Source: Desulfocapsa sulfexigens DSM 10523
GTDB lineage: Bacteria > Desulfobacterota > Desulfobulbia > Desulfobulbales > Desulfocapsaceae
DNA length: 32,000 bases
Direction: 5' to 3'
NCBI RefSeq assembly: GCF_000341395.1
Contig: NC_020304.1
Span: 2,910,001 to 2,942,000, forward strand
How positions within the stretch are numbered: the first letter of the stretch is position 1; the number at the start of each line of letters is the position of its first letter. The notes under the pieces are model-generated. The model had not been told where the DNA came from. It worked only from the letters and a program-made list of their open reading frames with translations, and made no database searches. Positions 1 through 8,435 of this stretch are shown piece after piece. A program made the position numbers and the translations under genes.

Positions 1-9
1 TTATTTTTT

Positions 10-1482
10 TTAGACATTGGTACCTCTGGATGTTGAATACTTTCCGGGCAGCATTGTTTCTGCAGGTTCAGAGTGAAGCGGTAAGGTTATGATGAAGTTG
101 GTTCCTGTCCCCTTTGTTGATTCAACCCTGATCGAACCGCCCTGTTTTTTGATAATGCCGTAGACGACAGCCAGGCCAAGTCCGGTACCATTGCCAGCGG
201 TTTTGGTGGTGAAAAATGGATCGAAAACTTTGGCCAGATTTTCCGGATCTATTCCCGTACCGGTATCAGCAACGGTGATAACGGCCTTCTTTTGCTCTTC
301 ATCCTTTTCTGCTTTAATACATACAGTCCCTGGTGGTTCAGGGATGGCCTGGATTGCATTGATTGTAAGATTAAGCAGGGCTTCAACCATTTTTTGCACG
401 TCGACGTAGAGTACTACATCTTCGGGGATATCCGTCTCTATATTGATACCTGTTGGAATTTCACTGGCAACAAGGAGTTTCACTTTGTTTACGATTTTTG
501 CTAGCTGACAGGGTTGAGAGGAAAAAGTATGGGCTCTGGAAAATTCCAACAGACCACGGACAATTTCTCCAGCACGCTGTGTTTCCTGATCGATGGTTTT
601 TAGCATCCTGGCAACAAAAGAATCCTTATCATCACCCATATTCGCAAGAGCCAGCTGGCAGGAGGTGGAAATATTATTGAGGGGATTGTTAATCTGATGG
701 GCCGTGCCAGATGCCAGGGTGCCGATTGATGAAAGTTTTTTGGCCTGGAAAAGCTGCTCCTGCTGCTCTTCCAGGTCAGTGACCATTTTATTAAAGGCAC
801 GCAGGACACTACGAACCTCTCCTTTTTTATCATCTACAGACAGCCGGGAAAAAGTACCATTGGCAATATCAATTGCAGCGTTTTCAACCTTTTTTAATGG
901 CTTAACGATTGAGGTATAGAGGAGGGAAATGGTGAAAACAGACAAAAGTACAAGAAAGAGTACAGTGTTTATAAGTCGAATGGTAAATTTCTCAATAAAG
1001 ACGGTCATCTTATTTTGTTCAAAAAGAACAAGGTCTTCAGTGATGTTGACAAGTTCCTGTCCAAGGCTACGAACTTTTTCCCGTAAGGGACAGACGGTGA
1101 CATCCTGTCCAATGGTGCATTTTCCCTTGAATTCCTTGAATGTCTCTTCATATGCCGTCAGTTTGGCGGTAAGGTCCTGCAGGTGTGTCGGGTGTGGCAT
1201 GATTTGTAAATCATCAATGACCTGGGGGACAAATTGTTGTGCCTCATCTACATATTCAAGAACTTTGTTGAAATCGGTGTTGTCATGACGAATGATGAAG
1301 TTCTTCTCATAGCGTCGTATTTCAAGGCTTATATTGCTGAGATTGCCGGCATGCATAAGCAGGGTGACATCATCATTGAACATGTTGAAATCTTTTAAAA
1401 ACGTGATCCCAACAATGATGTAGAAGAGCAGATGCAGGCAAAAACAGCCAATCATCTTCTGGCGAAGATTTAAAGCGAACAT
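10..1482 (-). CDS. Membrane sensor histidine kinase (TM - extracytoplasmic helical domain - TM - HAMP - HisKA - HATPase_c)
   Basis: Complete 490-aa ORF; two hydrophobic segments ([36 protein letters not shown]), HAMP-like segment, H-box [15 protein letters not shown]-box [12 protein letters not shown]-boxes [22 protein letters not shown] and [20 protein letters not shown]. Confidence 0.95.
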   Translation of the reverse strand: MFALNLRQKMIGCFCLHLLFYIIVGITFLKDFNMFNDDVTLLMHAGNLSNISLEIRRYEKNFIIRHDNTDFNKVLEYVDEAQQFVPQVIDDLQIMPHPTHLQDLTAKLTAYEETFKEFKGKCTIGQDVTVCPLREKVRSLGQELVNITEDLVLFEQNKMTVFIEKFTIRLINTVLFLVLLSVFTISLLYTSIVKPLKKVENAAIDIANGTFSRLSVDDKKGEVRSVLRAFNKMVTDLEEQQEQLFQAKKLSSIGTLASGTAHQINNPLNNISTSCQLALANMGDDKDSFVARMLKTIDQETQRAGEIVRGLLEFSRAHTFSSQPCQLAKIVNKVKLLVASEIPTGINIETDIPEDVVLYVDVQKMVEALLNLTINAIQAIPEPPGTVCIKAEKDEEQKKAVITVADTGTGIDPENLAKVFDPFFTTKTAGNGTGLGLAVVYGIIKKQGGSIRVESTKGTGTNFIITLPLHSEPAETMLPGKYSTSRGTNV

Positions 1483-1629
1483 AGTGTTTCACTCCTGTGT
1501 AAACCGGGTAAAAAACGACCCGGTGCGAAGGCGCAATTTGATCCGGCCTTTACTCTATTTAAAAAGAACTGATACATATGTCACCCAAAGTTAAAAGGAA
1601 TGAGTATGTATTCTATTTTGCCCATGAGA

Positions 1630-1646
1630 AGCAAATTTGAGACCAA
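1630..1646 (-). promoter_or_regulatory. Candidate sigma54 -24/-12 promoter for the histidine kinase gene
   Basis: Reverse complement reads TTGGTCTCAAATTTGCTT: GG-N10-GC spacing, TTGG and TTTGC elements, ~150 bp upstream of the ATG at 1482. Confidence 0.4.
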
Positions 1647-1683
1647 ATGAAAAATAAAATGTGATTTTAATCATTCGCCCATT

Positions 1684-1901
1684 GTTGCTGATTGCAAAGT
1701 GAGTTTGTTTCATACACCCATTGGGACAGCTTGCCACCAATCGTTGCGTAATCGCAACAACATTGCAAGGTGCAACGTTACAATGTGTAACATAGCTACT
1801 AAAGAAAAAGCTATATCTCCTTTTACTATATAAATTATTCCTCCAATCTGCTCCAGAAAGGCTCAACTCTTACCTTCGCCTAAGCTGTTACATCCTGCAA
1901 C
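1684..1901. promoter_or_regulatory. Cluster of palindromic operator/UAS-like sites, consensus about RTTRC(A/T)-N3-TGYAA(C/A)
   Basis: GTTGCT-GAT-TGCAAA (1684-1698), GTTGCG-TAAT-CGCAAC (1743-1758), ATTGCA-AGG-TGCAAC (1762-1776), GTTACA-ATG-TGTAAC (1777-1791), GTTACA-TCC-TGCAAC (1887-1901). Confidence 0.6.
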
Positions 1902-1984
1902 GGACAAGTGTTACAATCATTTCACAGATCCACCTGAAAAAGGAAACAGATCTTATACGTAAATTTCAGTTCTCCTCGTAAAAA

Positions 1985-2001
1985 ACGGCATACGGGTTGC
2001 A
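1985..2001 (+). promoter_or_regulatory. Candidate sigma54 -24/-12 promoter for the permease operon
   Basis: CGGCATACGGGTTGCAT: GG (1986-1987)-N10-GC (1998-1999) with TTGCA; lies downstream of the palindrome cluster. Confidence 0.4.
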
Positions 2002-2058
2002 TCGCTGCAGACGACAAACTGTCTGGAATTAACTCATGCTTTTTTTAGGAGGAGAAGG

Positions 2059-2199
2059 ATGAAACAGGAAATAAAAAAAGAAAAAAAGAGAACAACAGTA
2101 TTTCAGGCTTCTCTGCCTGGGGGGGATCATTGTACAGGTCCGCCGAACGTTAAGGAAAAGTATAACTCTTTGATTTTAAATAATAACAAGATGTCCTGA
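2059..2199 (+). CDS. Uncalled small ORF (46 aa), unknown function or leader peptide
   Basis: AGGAGGAGAAGG directly before ATG; translation MKQEIKKEKKRTTVFQASLPGGDHCTGPPNVKEKYNSLILNNNKMS*. Absent from the track, where the shortest ORF listed is 60 aa. Confidence 0.4.
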   Translation: MKQEIKKEKKRTTVFQASLPGGDHCTGPPNVKEKYNSLILNNNKMS

Positions 2200-2246
2200 T
2201 TCTCTTTCAGGCATCAATAAAACCAACAAAGGATATTAAGGAAAAA

Positions 2247-4052
2247 ATGACTCTCCCTATAATTTTAGTCATGGCTGTTTTGGGCCTGGCAATTTTACTC
2301 TTTATATTTGAATGGGTGCGTGTCGATGTAGTCGGCATCATCATGATGATTATTCTTCCTCTGCTAGGGTTGGTCACCCCTAAAGAGGCCATCAGCGGTC
2401 TTTCAAGTAATGCTGTTGTTTCAATTATTGCCGTTATCATTATCGGTGCCGGCCTGGATAAAACAGGAGCCATGAATTCTCTGGCAAGGATACTGCTTAA
2501 ATTTGCAGGCAAGAGTGAGTCTCGAATTATGATCCTCATTTCTGGTACCGTAGCCTTTATTTCGAGTTTTATGCAGAACATTGGGGCTGCTGCGCTGTTT
2601 ATGCCTGCTGCTAAACGAATCTGTCGTCAGACCAACATTCCTGTTTCACGGATTCTTATGCCCATGGGATTCTGTGCTATTATCGGAGGCTGTATCACCC
2701 TGATCGGATCCAGTCCACTAATTTTAATGAACGATGTAATGAAAATTTCCGATCCTAATGTCGAGGCCTTCGGACTTTTTTCAGTGACTCCTATTGGGCT
2801 CGCTTTAATTGCTGCAGCCCTGATCTATTTTGTCCTTTTTGGTCGGTTTATTCTTCCTGCAGGTGGAGGTAGTGAGGCAGGAAGTGGCCCTATGTCCCAG
2901 GAGCTTGAAAGAACTTATCGAGACATTGGTAATCTTTTCGAGATTCAGATCCCTGAATCTTTTGAAGGGCCAAAAACACTTAAAGAACTTGAGATAAGAC
3001 CGATTTTTTTTACAAGTATTTTAAGTATCGCTTCAAAAGGTGGCGTAATAATATCTACTCCTGATTTTGCTGACACCATCCAGGGTGGGGATACGGTTAT
3101 CGTTGAAGGTCCCTCGGATCTGGTTGCTAAAATGGCCCAATCCTTTAACTGGGTGATCAAAGAAGATCTCGAGGTATTTGCTGAGAGTTTTTCTCCAAAC
3201 AATGCCGGAATTTTGGAAGCAATCATTTCACCCCGTTCCGAGTTGGTCGGTAACACTCTTCGCAGTTTCTCTTTCAGGAAAAAAAATGATGTCACACCAC
3301 TGGCCATATTCAGGAATAATAAAACCTATGTAGGTGATATCTCGACCATGACTTTACGAACCGGTGATGCACTGCTTTTACAGGGGCCCTGGGAAAAGTT
3401 TCATTACCTGAAGGAGCGTACAGATCTGGTCTTTACCGAAGAAGTCCAGGGAGAAATTCTTCGCACTGACAAAGTAAAATTTGCAGTTGGTGGTCTGGTG
3501 CTGGCCCTGACCATGATCCTTGGTTTTCATGTGCAGCTCTCCATTGCTCTTCTGGCAGGAGCGATGTTTATGGTATTAACCAAGGTGCTTTCCATTGATG
3601 AAGCTTACGAGTCTGTGGACTGGATGACTGTTTTCCTTCTTGGTGGTCTTATTCCCCTAGGTATAGCCTTTGAGAAAACAGGTGCCGCCAAGCTTATTGC
3701 CGAGACTATTATGAGTGGCCTGGGGGCAGTGTCTCCACTGATTCTCCTGAGCGTTATTGCGATTCTAACATCTTTTTTCACCCTTGTTGCCTCCAATGTG
3801 GGAGCGACGGTATTAATGGTTCCCCTGGCTATGAATATGGCTGGTGCGGCCGGAGCAGACCCTCGTATTGCAGCTTTAGTTGTGGCGGTTGCCTGTTCAA
3901 ACACCTTTATTCTTCCTACTCATCAGGTTAATGCTTTGATCATGAGACCGGGAGGGTATAAGACGAAAGATTATTTTCGGGCTGGTGCGGGAATGACAGT
4001 CCTTTATCTGGTGGTCATGATGGCTTCAATTGCTCTTTTTTATGGTCTGTAA
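2247..4052 (+). CDS. SLC13/DASS-family (citrate transporter-like) permease with central TrkA_C/RCK_C-type regulatory domains
   Basis: 601 aa, multiple TM segments, motif ISSFMQNIGAAALFMPAAKRI, repeat half with SNVGATVLMVPLAMNMA, central soluble region GGDTVIVEGPSDLVAKMAQ / LRTGDALLLQGPWEKFHYLKE; SD-like AGGA/AAGGA upstream. Confidence 0.88.
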   Translation: MTLPIILVMAVLGLAILLFIFEWVRVDVVGIIMMIILPLLGLVTPKEAISGLSSNAVVSIIAVIIIGAGLDKTGAMNSLARILLKFAGKSESRIMILISGTVAFISSFMQNIGAAALFMPAAKRICRQTNIPVSRILMPMGFCAIIGGCITLIGSSPLILMNDVMKISDPNVEAFGLFSVTPIGLALIAAALIYFVLFGRFILPAGGGSEAGSGPMSQELERTYRDIGNLFEIQIPESFEGPKTLKELEIRPIFFTSILSIASKGGVIISTPDFADTIQGGDTVIVEGPSDLVAKMAQSFNWVIKEDLEVFAESFSPNNAGILEAIISPRSELVGNTLRSFSFRKKNDVTPLAIFRNNKTYVGDISTMTLRTGDALLLQGPWEKFHYLKERTDLVFTEEVQGEILRTDKVKFAVGGLVLALTMILGFHVQLSIALLAGAMFMVLTKVLSIDEAYESVDWMTVFLLGGLIPLGIAFEKTGAAKLIAETIMSGLGAVSPLILLSVIAILTSFFTLVASNVGATVLMVPLAMNMAGAAGADPRIAALVVAVACSNTFILPTHQVNALIMRPGGYKTKDYFRAGAGMTVLYLVVMMASIALFYGL

Positions 4053-4124
4053 ACAAAACAGCAGTACCCAGCTATCAGAGGTGTGATAGCTGGGTATTGC
4101 TTATCAAATATAAGGATACTTGAA

Positions 4125-5543
4125 ATGAAAACTTTTCTCTTGTGCTGTGTCACCTTACTTGGTGGTGCAGGTTCGGCATTTGCTGCAGGACATGGAGGTG
4201 GGGAGCCAGCGATGGCACTAACAGGCACAGCTTTTGGGTATGCCTCCCTGGCTCTTTTTGTTCTTGCTTATCTTCTTGTTATTTTTGAGGAACAGACTCA
4301 TCTGCGTAAAAGTAAGCCGGTAATGATGGCAGCAGGATTTATCTGGGTGTTGCTTGCCATTTGCTTCCGCGTGGCTGGCATCCCTCCTGAAGAGGCCCAT
4401 CATGCGATTATTAATAATATAACCGAATATGCCGAGCTGCTACTCTTTTTACTGGCGGCCATGACCTATATCAACTCCATGGATGAACGCAATGTCTTCC
4501 AGGCACTCCGTTCCTGGCTTGTTTCCAGGGGTTTTTCTTTACGTATTGTCTTCTGGATTACAGGTTTTCTTGCATTTGTAATATCCCCCATTGCTGACAA
4601 CCTGACCACGGCCCTGCTTATGGGGGCAGTGGTTATGGCGGTTGCTCCGAACAATAAAAAATTTGTCGCCCTTGCCTGTATCAATATCGTGGTTGGTGCC
4701 AATGCAGGTGGGGCTTTTTCCCCCTTTGGCGACATCACCACCCTGATGGTGTGGCAGAAGGGACAGGCTGCTTTTGGTGAGTTTTTTTTCCTCTTTATAC
4801 CGGCCCTAATCAACTGGCTTATCCCGGCGATCATTATGAGTCTCTTCGTTTCTAAAGAAACGCCTGAGGCCTTGAGCGAAAATGTCAGCATGAAATTCGG
4901 TGCCAAGAGAATAATATTTCTTTTTATGATGACAATTGTGACCGCAGTGTCCTTTCATAATTTCCTTGATCTTCCACCTGCAGCGGGCATGATGCTGGGG
5001 CTTTCCTATTTGGGCTTTTTCTCTTACTACATCAAAGTTAAGGAAAAACGTGCCCTTGAGTATGACAAACCTCTGGGTATTTCCACAAGTGGAAAAGATG
5101 ATCCCTTTGATATTTTTCAGAAAGTTGCTCGGGCCGAATGGGATACACTCCTCTTCTTTTACGGTGTTATTCTCTGCGTTGGTGGCCTTTCACAATTTGG
5201 TTACCTGGCTCTCGTTTCCCATCAGATGTACGATGGGCTTGGTGCCACAAACGCCAATATTCTGGTTGGTATTCTCTCGGCAATTGTTGATAATATTCCG
5301 GTTATGTTTGCTGTCTTGACCATGGATCCAGCCATGTCACTTGGCCAGTGGTTGCTGGTCACTCTAACTGCTGGAGTTGGTGGAAGTCTTCTTTCCATCG
5401 GTTCTGCAGCCGGTGTGGCCTTAATGGGAACCGCCCGCGGAACCTATACCTTTGGTGCCCATTTGAAATGGACACCGATTGTAGCTCTTGGCTATGCCGC
5501 AAGTATTTATGCACATATGTTCATCAATAATCGTCTTTTTTAA
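4125..5543 (+). CDS. nhaD: NhaD-type Na+/H+ antiporter
   Basis: Signal peptide MKTFLLCCVTLLGGAGSAFA; NhaD hallmark NAGGAFSPFGDITTLMVW; multi-TM. Start trimmed from 4083 to the ATG at 4125, which has AGGA upstream. Confidence 0.85.
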   Translation: MKTFLLCCVTLLGGAGSAFAAGHGGGEPAMALTGTAFGYASLALFVLAYLLVIFEEQTHLRKSKPVMMAAGFIWVLLAICFRVAGIPPEEAHHAIINNITEYAELLLFLLAAMTYINSMDERNVFQALRSWLVSRGFSLRIVFWITGFLAFVISPIADNLTTALLMGAVVMAVAPNNKKFVALACINIVVGANAGGAFSPFGDITTLMVWQKGQAAFGEFFFLFIPALINWLIPAIIMSLFVSKETPEALSENVSMKFGAKRIIFLFMMTIVTAVSFHNFLDLPPAAGMMLGLSYLGFFSYYIKVKEKRALEYDKPLGISTSGKDDPFDIFQKVARAEWDTLLFFYGVILCVGGLSQFGYLALVSHQMYDGLGATNANILVGILSAIVDNIPVMFAVLTMDPAMSLGQWLLVTLTAGVGGSLLSIGSAAGVALMGTARGTYTFGAHLKWTPIVALGYAASIYAHMFINNRLF

Positions 5544-5554
5544 TGAGGGAAGTC

Positions 5555-5896
5555 ATGGAATACTGTATACCCGAAGAGGTGATGGGACAACTGTATATAA
5601 ATCAGTTTGCAACGGAAGATGAAGCTATGGACCGGAGGATTCTCTCCGTTGTCCGTGCCGCCAGCCAACCGGTAAAAACGAAAAAAAAACTGCCCGATCC
5701 AATCACCCATCTCAAACAGGTAATGGAAGAGAGGGGGCTTCGTAACAGGGACTTGAAAATTTACATAGGCAGTTCAGGAAATGTCAGTGCGATACTGAAG
5801 CGTAGACAGGCTTTGTCTTTGCGGATGATTCGTAACCTCAATAAGTACCTCAATATTCCTGCTGAGATACTAATTCAACCCTATGACTGTCGTTGA
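5555..5896 (+). CDS. HigA/XRE-like helix-turn-helix protein (orphan antitoxin-like regulator)
   Basis: LKQVMEERGLRNRDLKIYIGSSGNVSAILKRRQALSLRMIRNLNKYLNIPAEILIQPY matches the HigA-type HTH pattern. GAGG sits just before the ATG at 5555; the track start 5543 overlaps the nhaD stop. Confidence 0.7.
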   Translation: MEYCIPEEVMGQLYINQFATEDEAMDRRILSVVRAASQPVKTKKKLPDPITHLKQVMEERGLRNRDLKIYIGSSGNVSAILKRRQALSLRMIRNLNKYLNIPAEILIQPYDCR

Positions 5897-5962
5897 ATTA
5901 TTAACTGGAATGCTGCAATAAAGAGAAGAGGGACAGCTGTTTTTTGTAGCTGCCACATATAA

Positions 5963-7993
5963 ATGAGCTTTTTTTCAAAGAAAGAAACTGAAACCAAGTT
6001 GTCGGGGGCTGAGAGGCCGGTCAGTTCCCGGCAGCTTGATGATTTGAAAACCAGAGTGGCTAATACCGATTTGCCGCTCTCGGTTGCCCGTCAAGTTACG
6101 AGCGAAATGGAACACCTGGGGAAAATTGACCCATTTGTTGCCGAATTTTCCATAGGAGTCACCTATGTCGAATTACTGCTCTCTCTACCGTGGTTCAAGG
6201 AAACTAAAGATGATCTTGATCTCAACCGCGCTGAGACTATCATGGCCTCACACCATTACGGGCTCGACGCGGTCAAGACACGGATTCTGGAATACCTTGC
6301 TGCAAAGAGTTTGAAGAATCATCAGAAGTCCAGGATACTCATTGTAGATGACGAAGAAGTTGCCCGCAATAATCTTCATCTCTATTTTACAGGTATGGGC
6401 CATACCGTGCGGGTTGCTGTCAATGGTGTGGATGCCCTGCAGCAGGTAGAAGAGAACGATCATTTTGACGTGATGATCACAGATCTGAAAATGGATAAAA
6501 TGGATGGACTTACCCTGATTGACAGGATTAGTAAGGCCTCTCCTGAGACCAGTGTGATTATGGTTACCGGATACGCAACGGTTGCTAATGCTGTCGATGC
6601 CATGCGCAAAGGTGCTACCCATTATTTATCAAAGCCGGTTCAGCTAGACAAACTGAAAGAGACTGTTGAGGAGGTACTGCAGAAACAGAAGAAATTGCAG
6701 ATCAGCCAGGGGCCGGTGCTTTGTTTTGCAGGTCCCCCTGGTACTGGGAAAACATCCATAGGACAGGCAGTGGCTACTTCCCTTGGGCGAAAATTTATTC
6801 GGATATCCATGGGAGGCTTACGTGATGAGGCTGAAATTCGAGGCCATCGGAGAACCTATGTGGGTGCCATGCCAGGGCGTATCATCAGTGAAATCAAACG
6901 GGCTGGAGTGAATAACCCCTGTATCATGCTTGATGAGATTGACAAGATCGGCCAGGATTTTCGCGGTGATCCTGCATCTGTTCTTTTGGAAGTACTCGAT
7001 CCGGAACAGAATGGGAGTTTTAGTGATCAGTACCTTGATGTTCCCTTTGACCTTTCCGGCGTCCTCTTTATCGCCACCGCAAATGACATTAGTAAGTTGC
7101 CAGGTCCTCTGCTGGATCGACTGGAGGTGATCGATTTCTCCAGCTATTCTTTAGAGGAAAAACTGGTTATTGCCAGGAAATATCTTCTCCCCAAGCAGGT
7201 AGCTGCAAACGGCCTTGGTGAGAGTAATCCACAGATCAGTGACAAGGCCTTTGAAAAACTTATTATTGAATATACACAGGAGTCTGGAGTACGGGGCCTC
7301 ACCCGGGAAATTGGAACAATCTGTCGTAAACTCGCCCTTCAGGTTATTCAGAAAAATGCAACTGTCTTGCCCGAAATAGATGAGAGTTCGATCACGTCCC
7401 TGCTCGGGCCGCGTAAGTATCGGCAGGAAGCCGCTGATGGTGAAGACAGGGTGGGGGTGGTAACCAGTTTGGTCTGGACTCGTTTTGGTGGTGGAATTAT
7501 GTTTATTGAAGCTTTGCGGATGCAGGGCAACACCAATCTTATACTTACCGGATCACTCGGGGAAGTGTTACGTGAATCTGCTCAAACGGCTCTTAGTTAC
7601 ATAAGGAGTAATGCCAAGCAACTGGGTATTGATCCTGACTTCTATGAACATTCTGACATTCATGTTCATCTTCCTGCTGGTGCAGTTTCAAAAGACGGCC
7701 CTTCAGCAGGTTTGGCCATTGGTATTTCTCTTATCTCCCTTCTTACTGGGCGTCCGGTATGTCGTACGGTCTCAATCACTGGTGAGATGACCTTGACTGG
7801 TTATGTCCTGCCAGTGGGTGGAATTCGTGAGAAACTTCTGGCTGCTCTTCGTTCCGGTTGCACCAAGGTTGTTCTGCCTGCAGAAAATCGTGAGGATGTA
7901 GCCTCATTAAGTGATGATGTTACCGGACACCTGGAACTGGTTTATGTTGAAACATTGGACGATGCAATTCCACATCTGCTTTGTGCTCAGTAA
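5963..7993 (+). CDS. ATP-dependent Lon-family protease with an internal CheY/NtrC-type receiver domain
   Basis: Lon-like helical region (GVTYVELLLSLPWFKETKDDLDLNRAETIMASHHYGLDAVKTRILEYLAAKS), receiver aa ~122-242 (RILIVDDEE, ITDLKMDKMDG, VIMVTGYA, YLSKPV), Walker A AGPPGTGKTS, Walker B IMLDEIDK, GHRRTYVGAMPGR, proteolytic motif SKDGPSAG (Ser581) and GGIREKLLAA (Lys624). The N-terminal LAN substrate-binding domain is absent. Confidence 0.95.
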   Translation: MSFFSKKETETKLSGAERPVSSRQLDDLKTRVANTDLPLSVARQVTSEMEHLGKIDPFVAEFSIGVTYVELLLSLPWFKETKDDLDLNRAETIMASHHYGLDAVKTRILEYLAAKSLKNHQKSRILIVDDEEVARNNLHLYFTGMGHTVRVAVNGVDALQQVEENDHFDVMITDLKMDKMDGLTLIDRISKASPETSVIMVTGYATVANAVDAMRKGATHYLSKPVQLDKLKETVEEVLQKQKKLQISQGPVLCFAGPPGTGKTSIGQAVATSLGRKFIRISMGGLRDEAEIRGHRRTYVGAMPGRIISEIKRAGVNNPCIMLDEIDKIGQDFRGDPASVLLEVLDPEQNGSFSDQYLDVPFDLSGVLFIATANDISKLPGPLLDRLEVIDFSSYSLEEKLVIARKYLLPKQVAANGLGESNPQISDKAFEKLIIEYTQESGVRGLTREIGTICRKLALQVIQKNATVLPEIDESSITSLLGPRKYRQEAADGEDRVGVVTSLVWTRFGGGIMFIEALRMQGNTNLILTGSLGEVLRESAQTALSYIRSNAKQLGIDPDFYEHSDIHVHLPAGAVSKDGPSAGLAIGISLISLLTGRPVCRTVSITGEMTLTGYVLPVGGIREKLLAALRSGCTKVVLPAENREDVASLSDDVTGHLELVYVETLDDAIPHLLCAQ

Positions 7994-8027
7994 AGATTTT
8001 CACCTCATATAGTAATGGGACTTCTCT

Positions 8028-8067
8028 GGCTCCACGAAAGACTCTCTTCTTTCATGGAGCCTTTTTT
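8028..8067 (+). terminator. Rho-independent terminator after the receiver-Lon gene
   Basis: GGCTCCACGAAAGA - loop - TCTTTCATGGAGCC (14-bp stem, one mismatch) followed by TTTTTT. Confidence 0.85.
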
Positions 8068-8248
8068 ATAGAAACTCCCTTTGATTGCTATTGTTGTATT
8101 CTGTTACGCGGTTTCATTCTGCAACAGTATTTCCCCAGTAAACAGCTTGTTTTTGTTTAATTGTTGTTATTTCGGTTGATTACCTGTGTCTTCCTTTTTT
8201 TGTTCCCTTCAGTCAGACGTTTTTCCATCAGCGTAAGTGAAAAAGAGT

Positions 8249-8263
8249 GTTGCAGGCTGCAAT
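8249..8263. promoter_or_regulatory. Palindrome GTTGCA-GGC-TGCAAT of the same type as the 1684-1901 cluster
   Basis: Direct sequence; ~95 bp upstream of the sigma54-like element at 8357. Confidence 0.5.
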
Positions 8264-8356
8264 GATCCGAGGAATGTAACATTTTCTCAAAACGTAGAAT
8301 CCCCATGGGAGCAGTGTAATGTGCTGACAATACAGGATAAAAGAAAGTTGTTCAAT

Positions 8357-8373
8357 CTGGCACACCATGTGCA
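8357..8373 (+). promoter_or_regulatory. Candidate sigma54 -24/-12 promoter upstream of the Usp-like gene
   Basis: CTGGCACACCATGTGCA: TGGCAC element, N10 spacing between GG and GC; ATG 65 bp downstream at 8436. Confidence 0.6.
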
Positions 8374-8435
8374 AGGTAACTGGCAGAAAGACGATAAGGA
8401 AATCTTCACTCACAATCATAAATAAGGAGAACATT

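Noticed and set aside
1743-1791. Palindrome cluster considered as a CRISPR or mobile-element terminal repeat
   Set aside because: Units are short palindromes with variable spacing and no spacer-repeat periodicity; no transposase or cas gene is in the window.
1591-1866. Minus-strand 91-aa ORF in the divergent intergenic region
   Set aside because: It spans the palindrome cluster, has biased composition and no good SD; the region is better explained as regulatory DNA.
2022-2040. CTGGAATTAACTCATGCT considered as the sigma54 promoter for the permease operon
   Set aside because: GG-to-GC spacing is 11 nt instead of 10; the element at 1985-2001 fits better.
4466-4906. Minus-strand 146-aa ORF opposite nhaD
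   Set aside because: Antisense to a strongly supported membrane protein gene; Lys/Ala/Pro-rich composition typical of reverse-frame translation.
5963-7993. Possibility that the receiver in Lon is an assembly or gene-fusion artefact
   Set aside because: The reading frame is continuous through both junctions, the insertion falls in a domain linker, and all catalytic residues of both domains are retained; an artefact is unlikely, though resequencing remains the definitive check.
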